Below, piece after piece: positions 1 through 12,929 of a stretch of DNA of 64,000 bases. The translations under genes and the position numbers were made by a program. Source of the stretch: Vicugna vicugna (taxonomy: Eukaryota); assembly GCA_013265495.1 (NCBI GenBank), contig MU061538.1, forward strand, positions 2,191,339 to 2,255,338, in the 5' to 3' direction. Below the pieces are notes generated by a model. It ran no database searches, had not been told where the DNA came from, and worked only from the letters and a program-made list of their open reading frames with translations. The stretch's first letter is position 1. Every line of letters begins with the position of its first letter.

Positions 1-49
1 CTGAGCCCCTGCAGCGTGCGTGGCCGCTGTGCTCCGGGCACCGCGTGTG

Positions 50-215
50 TTTCCTCCTCATTTATCCTCATAGCCACCTTCTGAACAAAAAAACTGCCGT
101 AGCTAATATTTCACAGATGAAGAACCTGTCTTCGAGGGGATAAATAGCTCGCTCAAGGTCACTCAGACAGTGAGGCGACGTCCAGGATGGGAGCCGGGCT
201 GTCCCCGACCTGCTG
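50..215 (-). mobile_element. MIR SINE remnant
   Basis: tttcacagatgaagaac...ctcaaggtcactcagacagtgag resembles the reverse-complemented MIR core. Confidence 0.65.
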
Positions 216-1050
216 GTGAACGATCTGAAGGCCGGGGCCCCGGGAGGTCACGTGGTCTCTCGGATCCCTGGGGTCAGGCTCTATTTTTCGTTTTTCCATC
301 TGTTGGTTCCAGCAGCTTCGGCCATCTGGTGACGTCAACTCCTGTGCAGGTTCATTTTCTTCTCAGGAGGGGGTGCTAAGATGCCGGTTGTTGCAAACCA
401 CAGAGGCAAAGCGGAGGGAGACACCTGGGACGAGGGGGGACAGGGCATAGAAGCGCGGAGAAAGGGCCCACGGGGGATCTCCGCAGGTGTGTGCTGTGCC
501 AGAAGGGAGTGAGGTTCCTGTCTGTTTGGAGACATCCGGGACCAGGTGACGAACCAGGACGGTGACGGAACCAAGGATGAGGCTCACGAATCTTTGTCCA
601 GGGCTGTTTTCACTCTGACTGATGCGACCTGCATCACCAGGACGCAGAGGACCCCAGGCCCCTGTCTAGAATGAGGTCACCTTTCCTGCAAGGGAGCAGG
701 GTGGCGCCAGCCACGCTCTCAGCAGGAACCCGGTCCAGCCTGGATCCTGCTAGCGGCCCAGCACCCGCAGCCACAGGGGCTGAAAACGCAGCGGCAGTCC
801 GCGTGCCTGTTTCGTGCCTTTGACATCCATCTCCCAGGACTCTGGAGCCAGGGGTCCGATGGTCTGGGATGTTCTTACTTGGAAAATTGCCGTCTTTTTA
901 TGTTTTGTTTGAACCTTATGAAATTGCCACTTTGTCGGTCAAATGGTCGAATATCAGAAATTTCACCTGGTTCCACTTGATAATAAGAGTATTCATGGTG
1001 GAAGGATGTCTGTGAGACCCGAGCCGGCTGGTGAGAAGTGAGTAAGCCAG

Positions 1051-1072
1051 TGGATGGATGGATGGATGGATG
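1051..1072. repeat. (TGGA)n microsatellite
   Basis: tggatggatggatggatggatg. Confidence 0.9.
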
Positions 1073-3236
1073 GGCGGCCGGTCCTCGTGGGGTGAAGGGC
1101 TGCTGGCGCGCACGTGCTCAGGCAAGGAGGCGGGAAGGATGAAGGCGGCAGTCAGAGCCCGCGATGCTGGATGCTGGGGCTTCAGGGAGAAGCGTGCGGC
1201 CTCGGGAGACCTGGGGCCTGACCTGAGAGTCAGCGGGAGAGGAGGAGCGAGGACAAAAAGATGTTTGTCAAAACCTGTGCGGTGCTTGCTTCTCAGGCCT
1301 GGGGCTTTGGTGGTTCTTAGATAGTGTGAACACTCCCACTTTACTGAAGCCAAAAGCAGGCTTATGAGTGTTTAAGAAACTGTACCAGCAGACAAATCCA
1401 GGTTCTAAATCAGGTCCAGCTGCCTCAAAACTGCATGCTTTTCCCACTGTTTTACTATGAGGAGACCTGGAGGAGTTCGCACAAGCACAAGCTGAGCCAA
1501 TTCTGAACTGCTGTCTCCAAGTCGTTTCTCTCTTTCCACGTTCAGTGTTTGCTTCGACCAGACCCGCCCACAGAGGGAGCCCGGGACTGAGCTTTGCTTG
1601 ACTGTAAGTGTAGATATGAGGCAAACGCACATCACATGCCTCTCCGGGTACGTTCTCTCGCTTCAGCCTCTCTCTAGGGTCCTTGAAGGCGCCGGCTTGT
1701 CCTCTCCTTATGTTTCCCACACTCAGGCCGGGGCTGAGCTCCCACTAAGTGTGGTGTTGATCTGTGAGGTCATCGGAGCTGCACACGCTTGACCAAGAGG
1801 AAGCAGCCCTAAGGTTGAGCCCCGAGTGGGGAGCGCCCAGACCTCTGGGGTCTTGAGTGAAGATGGGAAGGGGGTAGGGGCACCCCAGCACGTGGCTCAT
1901 CCTGGCACCGAGGCGGGTGGCTCTGGGGTGATCTGGGAGGACTTCTTGGAAGCGGAGATGACCGTGAGCTACAGCGGACTTGTTCCTGCTGCGTGAGTCC
2001 GAGAAAGCCCCCATGTTTCTGCCCGGCAGGGACAGGTACTGACCTGAAAGGGGACATCACCACCAGCACTGGCAGTGGCCTCCAGGGCAGCCAGCACGTC
2101 ACCTCCTGATTCTCTGGTATGTGCTGACCCTTCCAGACACCTTGAGACGTCAGCCTTCACAGGTGCCAGGATCTTTGTGGGGCAAGTGTGTGGATCTCTT
2201 CATTTTTACTTCCAGCTGCAGGTTGGGGGGCAGACAGGATGGGTTGAAGGAAAATAAGGCTCAGAAAAGGAGCAGCCTAAACTTGTGTCCACCACCGGAA
2301 GGGGGTCCTCATATGGACCCCTCCTTGGTTTCCATGGTTAGGCTGCGTCCTGAAGGATGCCCTTTCTCAGTGAAGAGCTCTTCCTCGACCGGGCCTTTTT
2401 CTGTGCAAATGTCCCCGATTGCCAGTTAGAATGTCAATTGTCAGCACCCTGTGAATGCACTTCCCAGTTCCCAAGCACTTTCCCATACCTGCCAGTGGTC
2501 CCTTCCCGTGACCTTCTTTCCCCCCACCGGCCCCCTCCACCCTCCCTCCTGCCTGCTCTTGGAGACCCCGTGCTGTCCCTGTGGTGACTTCAGTCCCTGC
2601 TTTACTTGATTTCTCTACAGAGACAGCCACGCCTCTCAGAGTTTGGGTTTTCAAGATTTTAACATATTTTACAGAATAATGGATCTGTATTTCAAATTCT
2701 ATCTTTCTGTAACACAAAGCATCATATTGTTATCCTTGGAGGATAAATGTTCTGCTTATTCAGCTGTTTGAGAAGCTGTGTGTGTGTGCACGAAATGTCA
2801 GTGAAAGCTGCTGCTGGATTTTAAATATTGATGCTGTATTTAGCTTATCCGTTACTCATTATATTTTGTTTTGTCAAGAGAGCATATTTAGAATCTTCAA
2901 TTGTACTTTGTTACTTTTCATCCCTAAAATATCCATATTTTTTTTTCACAGTTTGTAAAACTAAAATTGTACCAGAACGTACATGGATGCTGCAATGCCA
3001 GACAGCCCCTCCCAGCCACTGCCAGTCCACGGATTCTGCCCTCCGGGCTTTCCTCGTGACTCTCCTTGGTGGGGACCGCCTCTCTGGTTTTGTTAATAAA
3101 GTTTTATTATAGGAACATGGGCAGCCAGCTGTTCCCCTGTGCTGTAGTCCATAGACTTCCAACCTGGGCCACCAGCCAGCTGGTGGGTTTCTTGCCTGTC
3201 TCGGGTCGTTCAAAGCCTCCTTCTTGCATGTTTGCT

Positions 3237-3260
3237 TTAATTAATTAATTAATTAATTAA
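3237..3260. repeat. (TTAA)n microsatellite
   Basis: ttaattaattaattaattaattaa. Confidence 0.9.
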
Positions 3261-3553
3261 GACTTTGTGTTTTTCTCAAGAATGTATTTTTAAATCGTTC
3301 TTTTTTTGAATGGCTAGTGTCACTCGCCAATGCTCTGTGTGTTGCTGTGTCAGCTTTCGGGGGAAACGTGTCTCGCTGTGGCTAGCAGGGGCATCCAGAG
3401 TTCCGCCTCGTGGGAAGTGAGGTGGGCCCGCCTCTTTGGCTAACGGGCCGCTCGGAGGACCCTGTGGGACCTGCTCTTGCCTGTCCTTTTGTGCAACAGC
3501 CAGTGCTGATCTGTCCTCCTCTCCTTGCCTACTTTGTTTTTTGTTTCTCGGGG

Positions 3554-3691
3554 TTTTTTTGAGGGAGGAGGTAATTAGGTTTATTTATCTCTTTACGAGT
3601 TTGCTGATTTATTTAATGGAGGTGCTGGAGATAGAACCCAGGACCTCATGCATGCTAAGCATGTGCTCTACCACTGAGCTACACCCTCCCC
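3554..3691 (-). mobile_element. tRNA-derived SINE, camelid Vic-1-like
   Basis: Reverse complement begins GGGGAGGGTGTAGCTCAGTGGTAGAGCACATGCTTAGCATGCATGAGGTCCTGGGTTC (pol III A and B boxes), followed by an A-rich tail. Confidence 0.8.
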
Positions 3692-6600
3692 TTCCTTGGC
3701 TACTTGGGATTTTTCCTGGGAGTGACTCCCAGTTTCTGGTGTGTATTTTCTGCTTAAACAGACGGAAACAAGTGGATACCTGTGCTTCATAAGTTGACAC
3801 ATAATAGAAGAAACAAAACACTCATACAAACCCCCGTGTTCCACTCACTAATATCGATCCAGACTTGCATCACCTACGCCCCAGAGTAGCACCAGCTCCA
3901 CACTCTGCACCACGTCACCGTGGGGTGTGTCTGTAAGTCCCTGTAACTAGCTGGCGTTTCTACTTGTTGTCTTATTTATTGTCTGTCTTCCCTGGACCGA
4001 TGTTAGCCCCGCGAGGGCAGCTCACCGCTGCAGCTCGAGGGCCAGGAACAGTGAGCAGCAGAGTCGGGTTCTTAAATGAGTAAGCAGATGAGCGGGAAGG
4101 TCGCTGCAGGGACCCGGGGACGTCCAGCCAGGTCCGCAGTGCTTGCCAGCGGAGGGGCGGTGACCTGGAGGTGCGGGGCTGCGAACCAGGGAGGCCCGTG
4201 CTCACGGCCCACGTAGGCTCTCGTGTTACCCGCGTGCCTTGGGGCCTCAGAGAGGCTCTTGCCAGGCCCAGGCCCCAGGCACAGAGCGAGGGGAGATCAG
4301 TCTTGACAAGGGAAGGCAAATGCTGGGGGTGTTTAAGCTTCAAGCTGAGGCGGTGGCTGCCCTGCCCATCTGGAAATTCTCCACACTTGAAAATCAGGGA
4401 GTTATGCATGTGGTGCCCCAACAAAGGGCGTGCAGGCGAAGGTCTGGAGTGGCTCGGGGAAGCCAGGCTAGCTCTTTCCTGACCTTTGCCCTCCCCGCTT
4501 CCGGGCTGGAGCAAGCCCGCATCCTAATGGGCTTGGAGGCCAGCCCCTCTCTCTGTGTCGTCTGTTACACCCGGGCCTGCCCAGGACCTTGGGGTTGGTG
4601 CCCAGGGGCCAGACCTCTGCTGTCTCCTCTGTGACATGCCTCTAGGGGAGTTCAATGGGCAGCTCTGGTTATAATTATCTTCCTTAATGACTGCGGGCTC
4701 TGCCCGTGCCCGTGGCTGCGGTCTGCATGATGCAGGAGGGTTGAAAGTCCAGGGAAGTAAGCAGTCTTGTGGGTTGGAAGGTGAGTCCAGACAAGGCTGT
4801 AAGCATCCGTCACCCACGCGTCGTCCACCTGCCCGGCCCCCTAGAAGTGGGTGTAATTATTGTGCATTAGATTATAACCTGCAGGGATTTATGGGCAGTT
4901 CAGAGAGGTGCACCCCAAATGACACTCGGTCTAATCAACTCTTTTAGTTTATGTTATTTCAAATTGGGCTCTGGTTCCAAATTTTGATATGACCCACGGG
5001 CAGGCATCACAGCTCCCCACCCCTTCACAGCGGCGCAGCCCGATGGCAGCACATAATTGCCTGCCTCTCACCCATTATTTCCAACAATCAGTTGAGGGCC
5101 TGTGGCTCTCCAGCCTGCACATTTTTGATGATGTCAGGGGTGCCTGGCGGTTGATGACTTAATTTCCTCGGACCCTGCGACATCATCTGTCACTGCCCAA
5201 GACAATGAGCGTCTCAGGGGCGGCGCAGTCACTTCTGATTTGGGGAAGACAGTGAGCATGGGCGTGTGCGGGCCAGTCTGGCTCAGAGGGAGGGGTGGGG
5301 AGGGAGGCCAGGCAGCGCCTGGACCAGCAGCTGTTTAACATCCCGGTGAAAATTCTCCTCGTCTGAAGGTGGTGGAAACCCCAGCAGCGGTCTCTCCAGG
5401 AGGAGGGCAGTTTTGTGCTTTAGGAAAAAAATGTTGATTATTTCATGTCTGTTTCCATCACCAAAATATTCACTCCGGGAGGGCAGGGGCCACGAAGACT
5501 TGAGACCAGGAGAGCAGAAGAAGGTCGATGAATCCTCCTAGGGCAGTGCTGCAGCCTCTGGCTGGGGCGGGTCCAGGGGAGCTCTGACCAGCTGGCTGGA
5601 CCCCGGGCGCCGGAAGCCTGCGTGTGGGGCCGCGCTGGTCAGTGATGCAGGATGCTGAGGGAGGTCGTGCTGGTGTTGGTGGTGGGCTGGGCAGTAGGAC
5701 TCAGGACACTGTGAGAACGAAGGGGAGTCGTGACGAGCACTGTGCTGGCAGGTGCCTGGTCCACGCACATCATCCACACACATGCACAGTCTCCTGTGAG
5801 ACTGGGCTGTGGACTGTAGAAGTGCCTCCCCCGATATGTAAATTTAGGTGGCAAGTGACAGAGACTAAACTAAGCCAAGTAAGACTTCATGGCTCACTCC
5901 TGGAAGGTCAGAGGGTGGCGTCACGCAGGTGTGGACCCGCAGGCTCACACAGTGTCACAGATAGTTCCCATTTCTGGGCTCTGTTCCCTCCTTGTGGTAG
6001 CTTCATTCTCGGGCAGACTTGCTCCACTGGGTGGGGAAGTGGCCACTGGCAGAGACAGACCTAAATCCTGATACCCTGGAATCCAAAGAACAGAGAGACC
6101 CTCTCTCTCCCAGGACCAGACTTAAACTGCAGGCCAGACTCTGCTGGCCCTGCTGGGATCATTGACCACCTCTGAGCCAGTCACATGCTGGGAAGTGAGG
6201 GGCAGATTGCCAGCCCAGGTCATGTGGGTGGAGAGACGGGTGATCTTGTTCTCCCAGGACCATTTGTCCCCACTGGAGCAACACGGGATAACTTAATGAA
6301 TGCAATTGTCACAAAAATGAGGGCATGGTGGAGGGAATCTGAAGGGAGGGTGAAATCCCCCAGGACGGGCAACAGCAGGAAGCTGGGTCCACCTCCAGGC
6401 CAGATGGTCAAGGGGAAGGAGTGGTGTAAGAACCCTAGCAGGACAGAGGTCAGCGTGGCCACACAGGCCCGGGAGGAGGGGCAGTCAGTGCAGCCCCCGG
6501 CAGAGGCCAGCGGCAGTGCGGAGGGACAGGAGCCCGGATCCTCATCCGCAGGCCTGCCTGTGCAGTACAGCTCAGACTCCCTAGTGTCTGTGCGATGTGA

Positions 6601-9600
6601 GGGGTGGGGATCAGAGAATGGGCCTGGGGCGGGTGGGGTGAGTCCACAGAGCACCTAAGAGGTGCTGGTGGGAGGCCAGTTCGCAACGGCTTCACTGAGA
6701 GCATTTGCCACTCTGTGAATACTTGCTTGCACTTGGCTACACATTTTATTTTTATCCTTATTTGGTTTAATTAATAGGACATGGATTGTGAGAACACCCC
6801 CAGACCAGTATAAAAGAAGAAGAAAGATTGCTGGAGCGCAAAGATTTAGCACCGAGAAGCAGAACTGACTGCCAAGCTGGGGTCCGGGCACAGCAGTCCG
6901 GGTGGGCTCCTGGGAATGTGGTTCCAGGGCCCAAAACGGGGAAGGTGACTCAAAACCCAAAGACCACACAGTGTCTTTGTTCTACATTTGGAAAGCAAAG
7001 CCTCCGAGTGATGCGACTGGCTGGGACACATGGCTCCTCTGTGATGCAGACATGGCTAGTTCAGTTGGTCTATGGCTTTCCTGCGGTGCTGTGTGAATAA
7101 GGTGTCCATCTGCCTCTGCTGAGAGGTGAGGGCTGTGGTGACACATGCTGACAGATGTCATCCAGCCAGGCCCAGGGCATAGGTATGGCTGCAGGGTGGC
7201 TGCTCTGGGTGGGGGTTTGGACGGCAGAGCTCTAAGGTGCTATGATCCTGGGAGCCCCAAGGGGTGCAAGTGAGGGACAGGTTAGAGAGATGAGCCCAGT
7301 AAAAGAGCCCCCAAAAGACAAGAGATTCCAGAATGAGTGACAGACAAGAGTGGTGGCTGTCACAGGTGAGGCAAAGGTGCAGTAGGCTTGGTTCCAAGCC
7401 AGACTTCCCAACAGAAACCACACAGAAGGAAATTGTGCTCTAGGTGTCCGGTTGGAGGGACTAAGTTTGGGTAGGGCTAAAGGGAGCAAATTCTGGGTTA
7501 TCTTAGACAAATTGTGAATTAATACAAGAAAAATTATCAAAATCTCTAGTAATTCAGATTGTGTCAGTAAGTCATATTGTGTAAAATATTGGAAACCATA
7601 ATTTAACTATTTTAACCATAGAATAGCTTTATACTTCTTAGATTGTATAAATTTAAAAAAAAAAACTCCCAAAACTTGGTGAGATTATGGTGAAATTGGC
7701 ACTTATGTGTTAATCTACATACTAACACAATTGGGGGGTCAATTTTTTATATAATATAACACATCCAAATAATTTGACAAAGTAGTCCCTCTCCAGAAAC
7801 TTCAGACCAAGGAAACAAGTCACAGTGATGATTATAAGGATGGCAGGGAAATACTTGTTACATAATCGTGCATGGAAAAGCAAAGCACGGATTTTATTGT
7901 GTGCTAGGTCCACACCTAAGTGAAATGACATGTTTGCAGTAGGTTTCACCTATCCATTTTAGAAATTATAATAAAGTATTTCTTATTATCAAATGACCCT
8001 TCTCTTAGAATAAATCCCACTTTGTCATGGTTGTTATTTTTTTAATGTAGCACCAGATTCCACTTCCTCATTTCCTATTCAGGACTTCTGAGTCCTCATT
8101 ACCAGGTGAGATTAATTAAATAGTATTTCTTTTAAAAAAAAACACTCTGTCTTGTTTTGGCAGTAATATAAAGCTTCAAAAAATGAATTAAGACATTTCC
8201 CATCTCTTTCTATCATCCGGAACAATTTGAAAGGCAAAAGAGTTCTCTAATCTTCAACGACGTGACGTAATTTTTCTATTAAATTATCGGGGCCGGGTGT
8301 TTCTTGGAGGCATCCACCGATCAGAATGTCCAGGTTCCCCTTCCCATCCCCGGCTGGCAGGCAGGGTCAGCATGGCAGCTTCATTCCTTAATAACCTGTT
8401 TTTGTGTGAGGCCTAAGGTATTTCCTGGGAAACAGAACTTGAGGCTGGTTGCTAAAATGTAAACCCTTTAAAATAATAGCTTCAGTCTTTAGAAAATCAT
8501 GGGTTTTGGTTTTCTTTCTAAGCTCTTTGGGGAACTGAAAGACACCAGAGAAGCACCACGGCTGTGTCGCCCCGGGCCGTCCCAGCGCACGGGGTGCGGG
8601 GGATCCTGCACAGGAGTCAGCGTGCTCGTCTTCCTCGGTGTCTGGGTGACTCCACAGACCCTCCTGGCCATCTTTTGACCACAGTTGTGCCTCCCATGCC
8701 CGCTGTCCCCTGTGCTGTCCAGCACTGCTGCTGCTGGCCGTTACTGGAGTTTAAGGTGACGTGTGCTCCTCAGCGGACACCGTGTCCCTCTGCCTGGCCA
8801 CGTGTGCCCTTTCTTCCTGCAGTCACTGAATCCTAACACACCTGAACGAAGGCAAGAGCTGACTGACAATAATGGAAGAGCTTTGTGCGCGGCTAAGGAG
8901 GGGGCAGGAATTTCTCCGGTCCCTGCACTGAAGCCTCCTCTCAGCTTCTGTCACCTGCCCCACTGGCCCCTTGAGGGGACACGTAGGGCCGTACCGCCTT
9001 ATGAGACAGGCTGCCATACAGGGATGCATGCTACGTGGGCCAACACTTTTTCCTGTTTCCAGTTAACTTTCAATTTACACGGTCGTTTCCTGGGCTATCA
9101 GACCCCAAGGGAGGGCATGCTTCTGAGCTGGTCTCTTACCCAGCCGTTGTTCAGCCAGGGTTCGTTTAATTAACATCGATTGAGCCTTTTATGTCAGGCC
9201 CTGTGCTGGCCCTGAGCATTAAAGATGAATGAGACACCGCCTATGCCTCCAGGTGGGGACCTGGACAAATAAAGAGCAATCGCAACATTAGGGCAGGGAC
9301 TCTGTACCGTGCCCCTGGGCGGGCCGAGAGGACGCACCTGTGTGCGCGAGCGCGCGTGCGCACTGCCTGAGTGTGCGCGCTGCCTGAGTGTGCGCATGCG
9401 GGCGGACAGAAGCCCGTCCTGGGGGGATCCGTCTGAGCTGAGTTCCCAGGAGCTGAGACTTACACACAGAGGACGGCGGATTGCCCGCACAAGCAGAAAG
9501 GCTGTGAAGACCGGACAAGAGAAAAGAAAGGGCGCTTTGGAGGAGGCGCCAGGAGCTCGGCCAGTCAGGACCTTGGCCTCTGAAAGCCAGGGCAGTCACC

Positions 9601-9799
9601 ACTTGGACCCGTTCAACCGTAACTTGCTTAGCAGACACTGAGCCTTGCCCCGCGCTCATGGAGCAAGCTCACTTTAATTGTTTTTACAAAAATTTGCGTG
9701 TCCTCCTAGCCTTACGTAGCCTAAGCAGGAAGATGTTTATCTGAGGGTTTTTACAGGAACTGAGAGTCAGCTGTGTCCAGCTGGAGCTCCAACTCACTA

Positions 9800-10600
9800 A
9801 GACTTGCTGGGACCGCCCCACCCTGAGCTGGGCATGGGGGGGCGGGGCTGTGACGTCGGCGGGCGGGACCTCCCCGCCTCACGTGCTTCGCGCCCCCGCG
9901 GAGCACCCTGCGGCTCGGATGCACCTGCGCAGAACCACGAGGCCCCGGGCTTTTTCGCATTTCCAGTCCCCTCCCTCCCCCGCCACCCACCACCCGCGGG
10001 TCTCAGCTCGCCCCGCTCCTTTGTCCCCCAGCACCCCAGCCCCTCGCCTGCCTTCAGGAGGCAGGTTAGAGATTTGTCCTCCGTCTGCTTGGCTGCCTCG
10101 GGAAGAAGCCCTCTGGGGGACAAACCTGGGGGGCTCCGTGCTTGGCTCGCGGCCTGATTCACCGACCCCTTCAAGGTGCGCAGGTGGGAGGCCACCAGCG
10201 AGCGGGGCCTTAGCGCCTCCCAGCTCACGTCGAAGGGCTGCGCGCGGACTGGGCGCAGGACCCCGGAGCCCCGGCGTGGGCACGGCCGCCCAGGACGACG
10301 GCGGCCGTGCGGGTGGCCGGAGCCGCAAGTACAGAGAGACGGACGAAGGAGGACCAGTCGGTGAGTCGGTCGTGAGCCCGAGGGGAGGCCCCAGGGCTTG
10401 GGGCTTGGAGCAAGGAAGCGACCGCGAGTCGGGGTGAGAAGGCGCGGAACAGGGAGTGGGAGCTCCCGGGCACGTGCTGCGTGCGCCGCCGGCCCCGGGA
10501 CGTCGGGGGCCTGGGCGGGTCCGAGCCCTGCGGGGGACCTGGGCTGGACGCTGATGCTGGGTCTCTGCTGGGAGACGATGACGGAAGCTTCTAGAGAGAC
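9800..10600 (+). promoter_or_regulatory. CpG island / putative promoter with candidate first exon ending at 10360
   Basis: Very high CpG density; GC boxes (GGGGCGGGG, GGGCGGG) and CRE-like TGACGTC near 9840-9870; consensus donor CG|GTGAGT at 10361-10366. Confidence 0.6.
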
Positions 10601-12295
10601 CCCAGCCCCAGGGAGGTAGTGTAGGGTAAGAAGGAAAAGGCACTGTTGGGGGTGGGACTCGGGAACAGCGAAGGTCAAGGGCAGGGCAAGGAGGAAGGGA
10701 CTGCAGGAGCACGAAGAGGTCGGAAGGTGGAAGAGGTATCCGGATCAGAGTGGCAGCAGCCCATAGAGGACGAAGCTCTAAGTTCTGGGAAGAGGGCGTG
10801 GCCAACAGCACTGACCCTGCGGGGAGCCGGGGCTGCGACCCCCGGTCCTCTGCTCCCCGCCCGGCCTCCTCCACTTTCCTCGTCCTCTGCAGCTTCCTCT
10901 GCAACCAGCTGCTCCAGGTCAGCTGGACACCCCCCCCCCCCCCCCCCCGCGGGACCCTCCGCGCGCAGGAGTCAGAGTTCCCAAAGAAAGAAACGCTGGT
11001 AGGAATGGATGCGACTTGTGGGGCCACTTAGCACGCCTTCTCTCTTCTGTTGGATGGAGCACCAGGTGTTCTTTGAAGCAGCGTCTTTGTCTCGGTGGGT
11101 GCCTCAGGCCGAGCTGCCATCAGATCCTCTTCCCCAGCGGCCAGGATGCTTGTCCTGCAGCTCGGAGCGCAGTGAGAGCAGACTGAGGAAACAGCCGGAG
11201 CTGACCCGCGCCCAGCGCTGGGAACCTTCGGGTGCCCTGCGGCCTTCCGTTTGCTCGCCTGGTTCTCCAGAGGGGCTCTCAGTTCTGCAGCCCCTCTAGG
11301 CCCTTCTGATAAGTGTCTTCATGCCTGATGTGCCCGGTCGCACTGTTTGTCGCCAAAGCAGGCTGACTTCCGCCCAACCCCGTCCTCAGCAGCTCTGGAC
11401 CGCTTCCCCACCCCTTCCTCTCTCTTCCTCTTTGCCCGCCTCACCTTCTGTCTTGCATTTCTTACTGTAAACTTGGGGCCTGGACTCCAGGCTCCTGGGT
11501 CCCTTAAGCCTTTAAGCCAGATACCCCCAGCACACACTGCCTGGCACCCTGATGTCCCCCCCATCGACAGGACCACATTTCCACGTTTGCCCTACGCAGA
11601 GGTCACCAGCTGGAGCAGTGCCCCTCCACTGGCACCTGCACCTAACCTGGGGCCCAGCAGAGCCCTGCCCGGCACAGCTTTTTCAGGGAGCACAGGGAAG
11701 GTGGGGAAGCCATTGCTGGTAGACTGGTTTTCACTTTCCAGGTAAAGGTTAATTCCGCACACTGTTCTATAGGACGTCCTGGAGTTGCTCTGGAGTCTGG
11801 ATCTTAACAGCCCTCGTTCTCACATGCTATCCCAGCATAATTCTTAGGCATGCTCCTTTCCCCTCTTAAAAGTGTCCTGGTTTAGACAAGAAGTGAAAGT
11901 CACTCTGCTCAGAAGGCACACAGCACAGATGAGACAGAAGGCCACCAATGGGACAGTCAGTGCCCGCTGGGCCTTCCTCACGCTTCCGAGTGCAGACGTG
12001 CCGTGCTCAGCCTCCTCTGTGCACGTGAGCCCAGTGCTCACTTATTGCTCACCTCTTCAAAACCTGAGCAGTGATTCTCCATTCGAGCAGACGTGCGAGA
12101 ATGTCAGTTCTAAAGAAAAGGCGTTGGCTGCCACTGGTCGTGTGTGTTCACAGAAACCACATCACACTGCAGCATTTAAGTAGTGGCAGCCGGTCCTGGT
12201 CAGGCACCAACAGCTTGTCTGCTGAGGGAGGCGCCTTACCTCACTTCTCCCTGCACCCACAGCAGGGCAGGGCCACGAGAAGGAAGGGGAGGGTT

Positions 12296-12902
12296 TGCAA
12301 ATGTTTTTTTATTTATTTTTATTTATTTAATTGAAGTACAGTCAATTACAACGTGTCAATCTCTGGTGTACAGCACAATGTCCAGTCATGCATGTACATA
12401 CATATATTCGTTTTCTTTTTTTCTTCCATTCGAGGTCATTAAAAGATATTGAACATAGTTCCCTGTGCTATACAAAAGAAACTTTTTAAAATCTATTTTT
12501 ATATATAGTGGCTAGCATTTGTAAATCTCAAACTCCCAAACTTATCCCTTCCCACCCCCTATCCCCGGTAACTATAAGATTGTTTACTAAGTCTAGGAGT
12601 CTGTTTCTGTTTTGTGAGTGAGTTCACAGTGTCCCCCCCTTTTTTTTAGATTCCACATATGAGTGATATCATATGGTATTTTTCTTTCTCTTTCTGGCTT
12701 ACTTCACTTAGAATGATGATCTATCTCTAGGTCCATCCATATTGCTGCAAATGGCATTATTTTGGTTTTTTTTTAATGGAAGAGTAGTATTCAGAATGGC
12801 CATCATTCAAAAGTCCACAACGGATAAATGCTGGAGAGGGTGTGGAGAAAAGGGAGCCCTCCTGCACTGCTGGTGGGAATGCAGTTTGGTGCAAATGGTT
12901 TT
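12296..12902 (-). mobile_element. 5'-truncated L1 3' end with 5' inversion (twin priming)
   Basis: T-rich tail at 12303; antisense L1 3'UTR to ~12790; then sense L1 (agaatggccatcattcaaaagtcc...) to ~12890. TSD-like TGCAAATG(G)TTTT at 12296 and 12890. Confidence 0.75.
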
Positions 12903-12929
12903 ACAGAGAACCAGGGAAACACTGAAGAC

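Noticed and set aside
3600..3691. tRNA-like sequence
   Set aside because: It is the head of a SINE with an A-rich tail, not a tRNA gene.
9797..11027. Long ORFs (293 and 382 aa) over the CpG island
   Set aside because: Low-complexity Pro/Arg/Gly/Ala translations on several frames, as expected from stop-poor GC-rich DNA; no recognisable domain.
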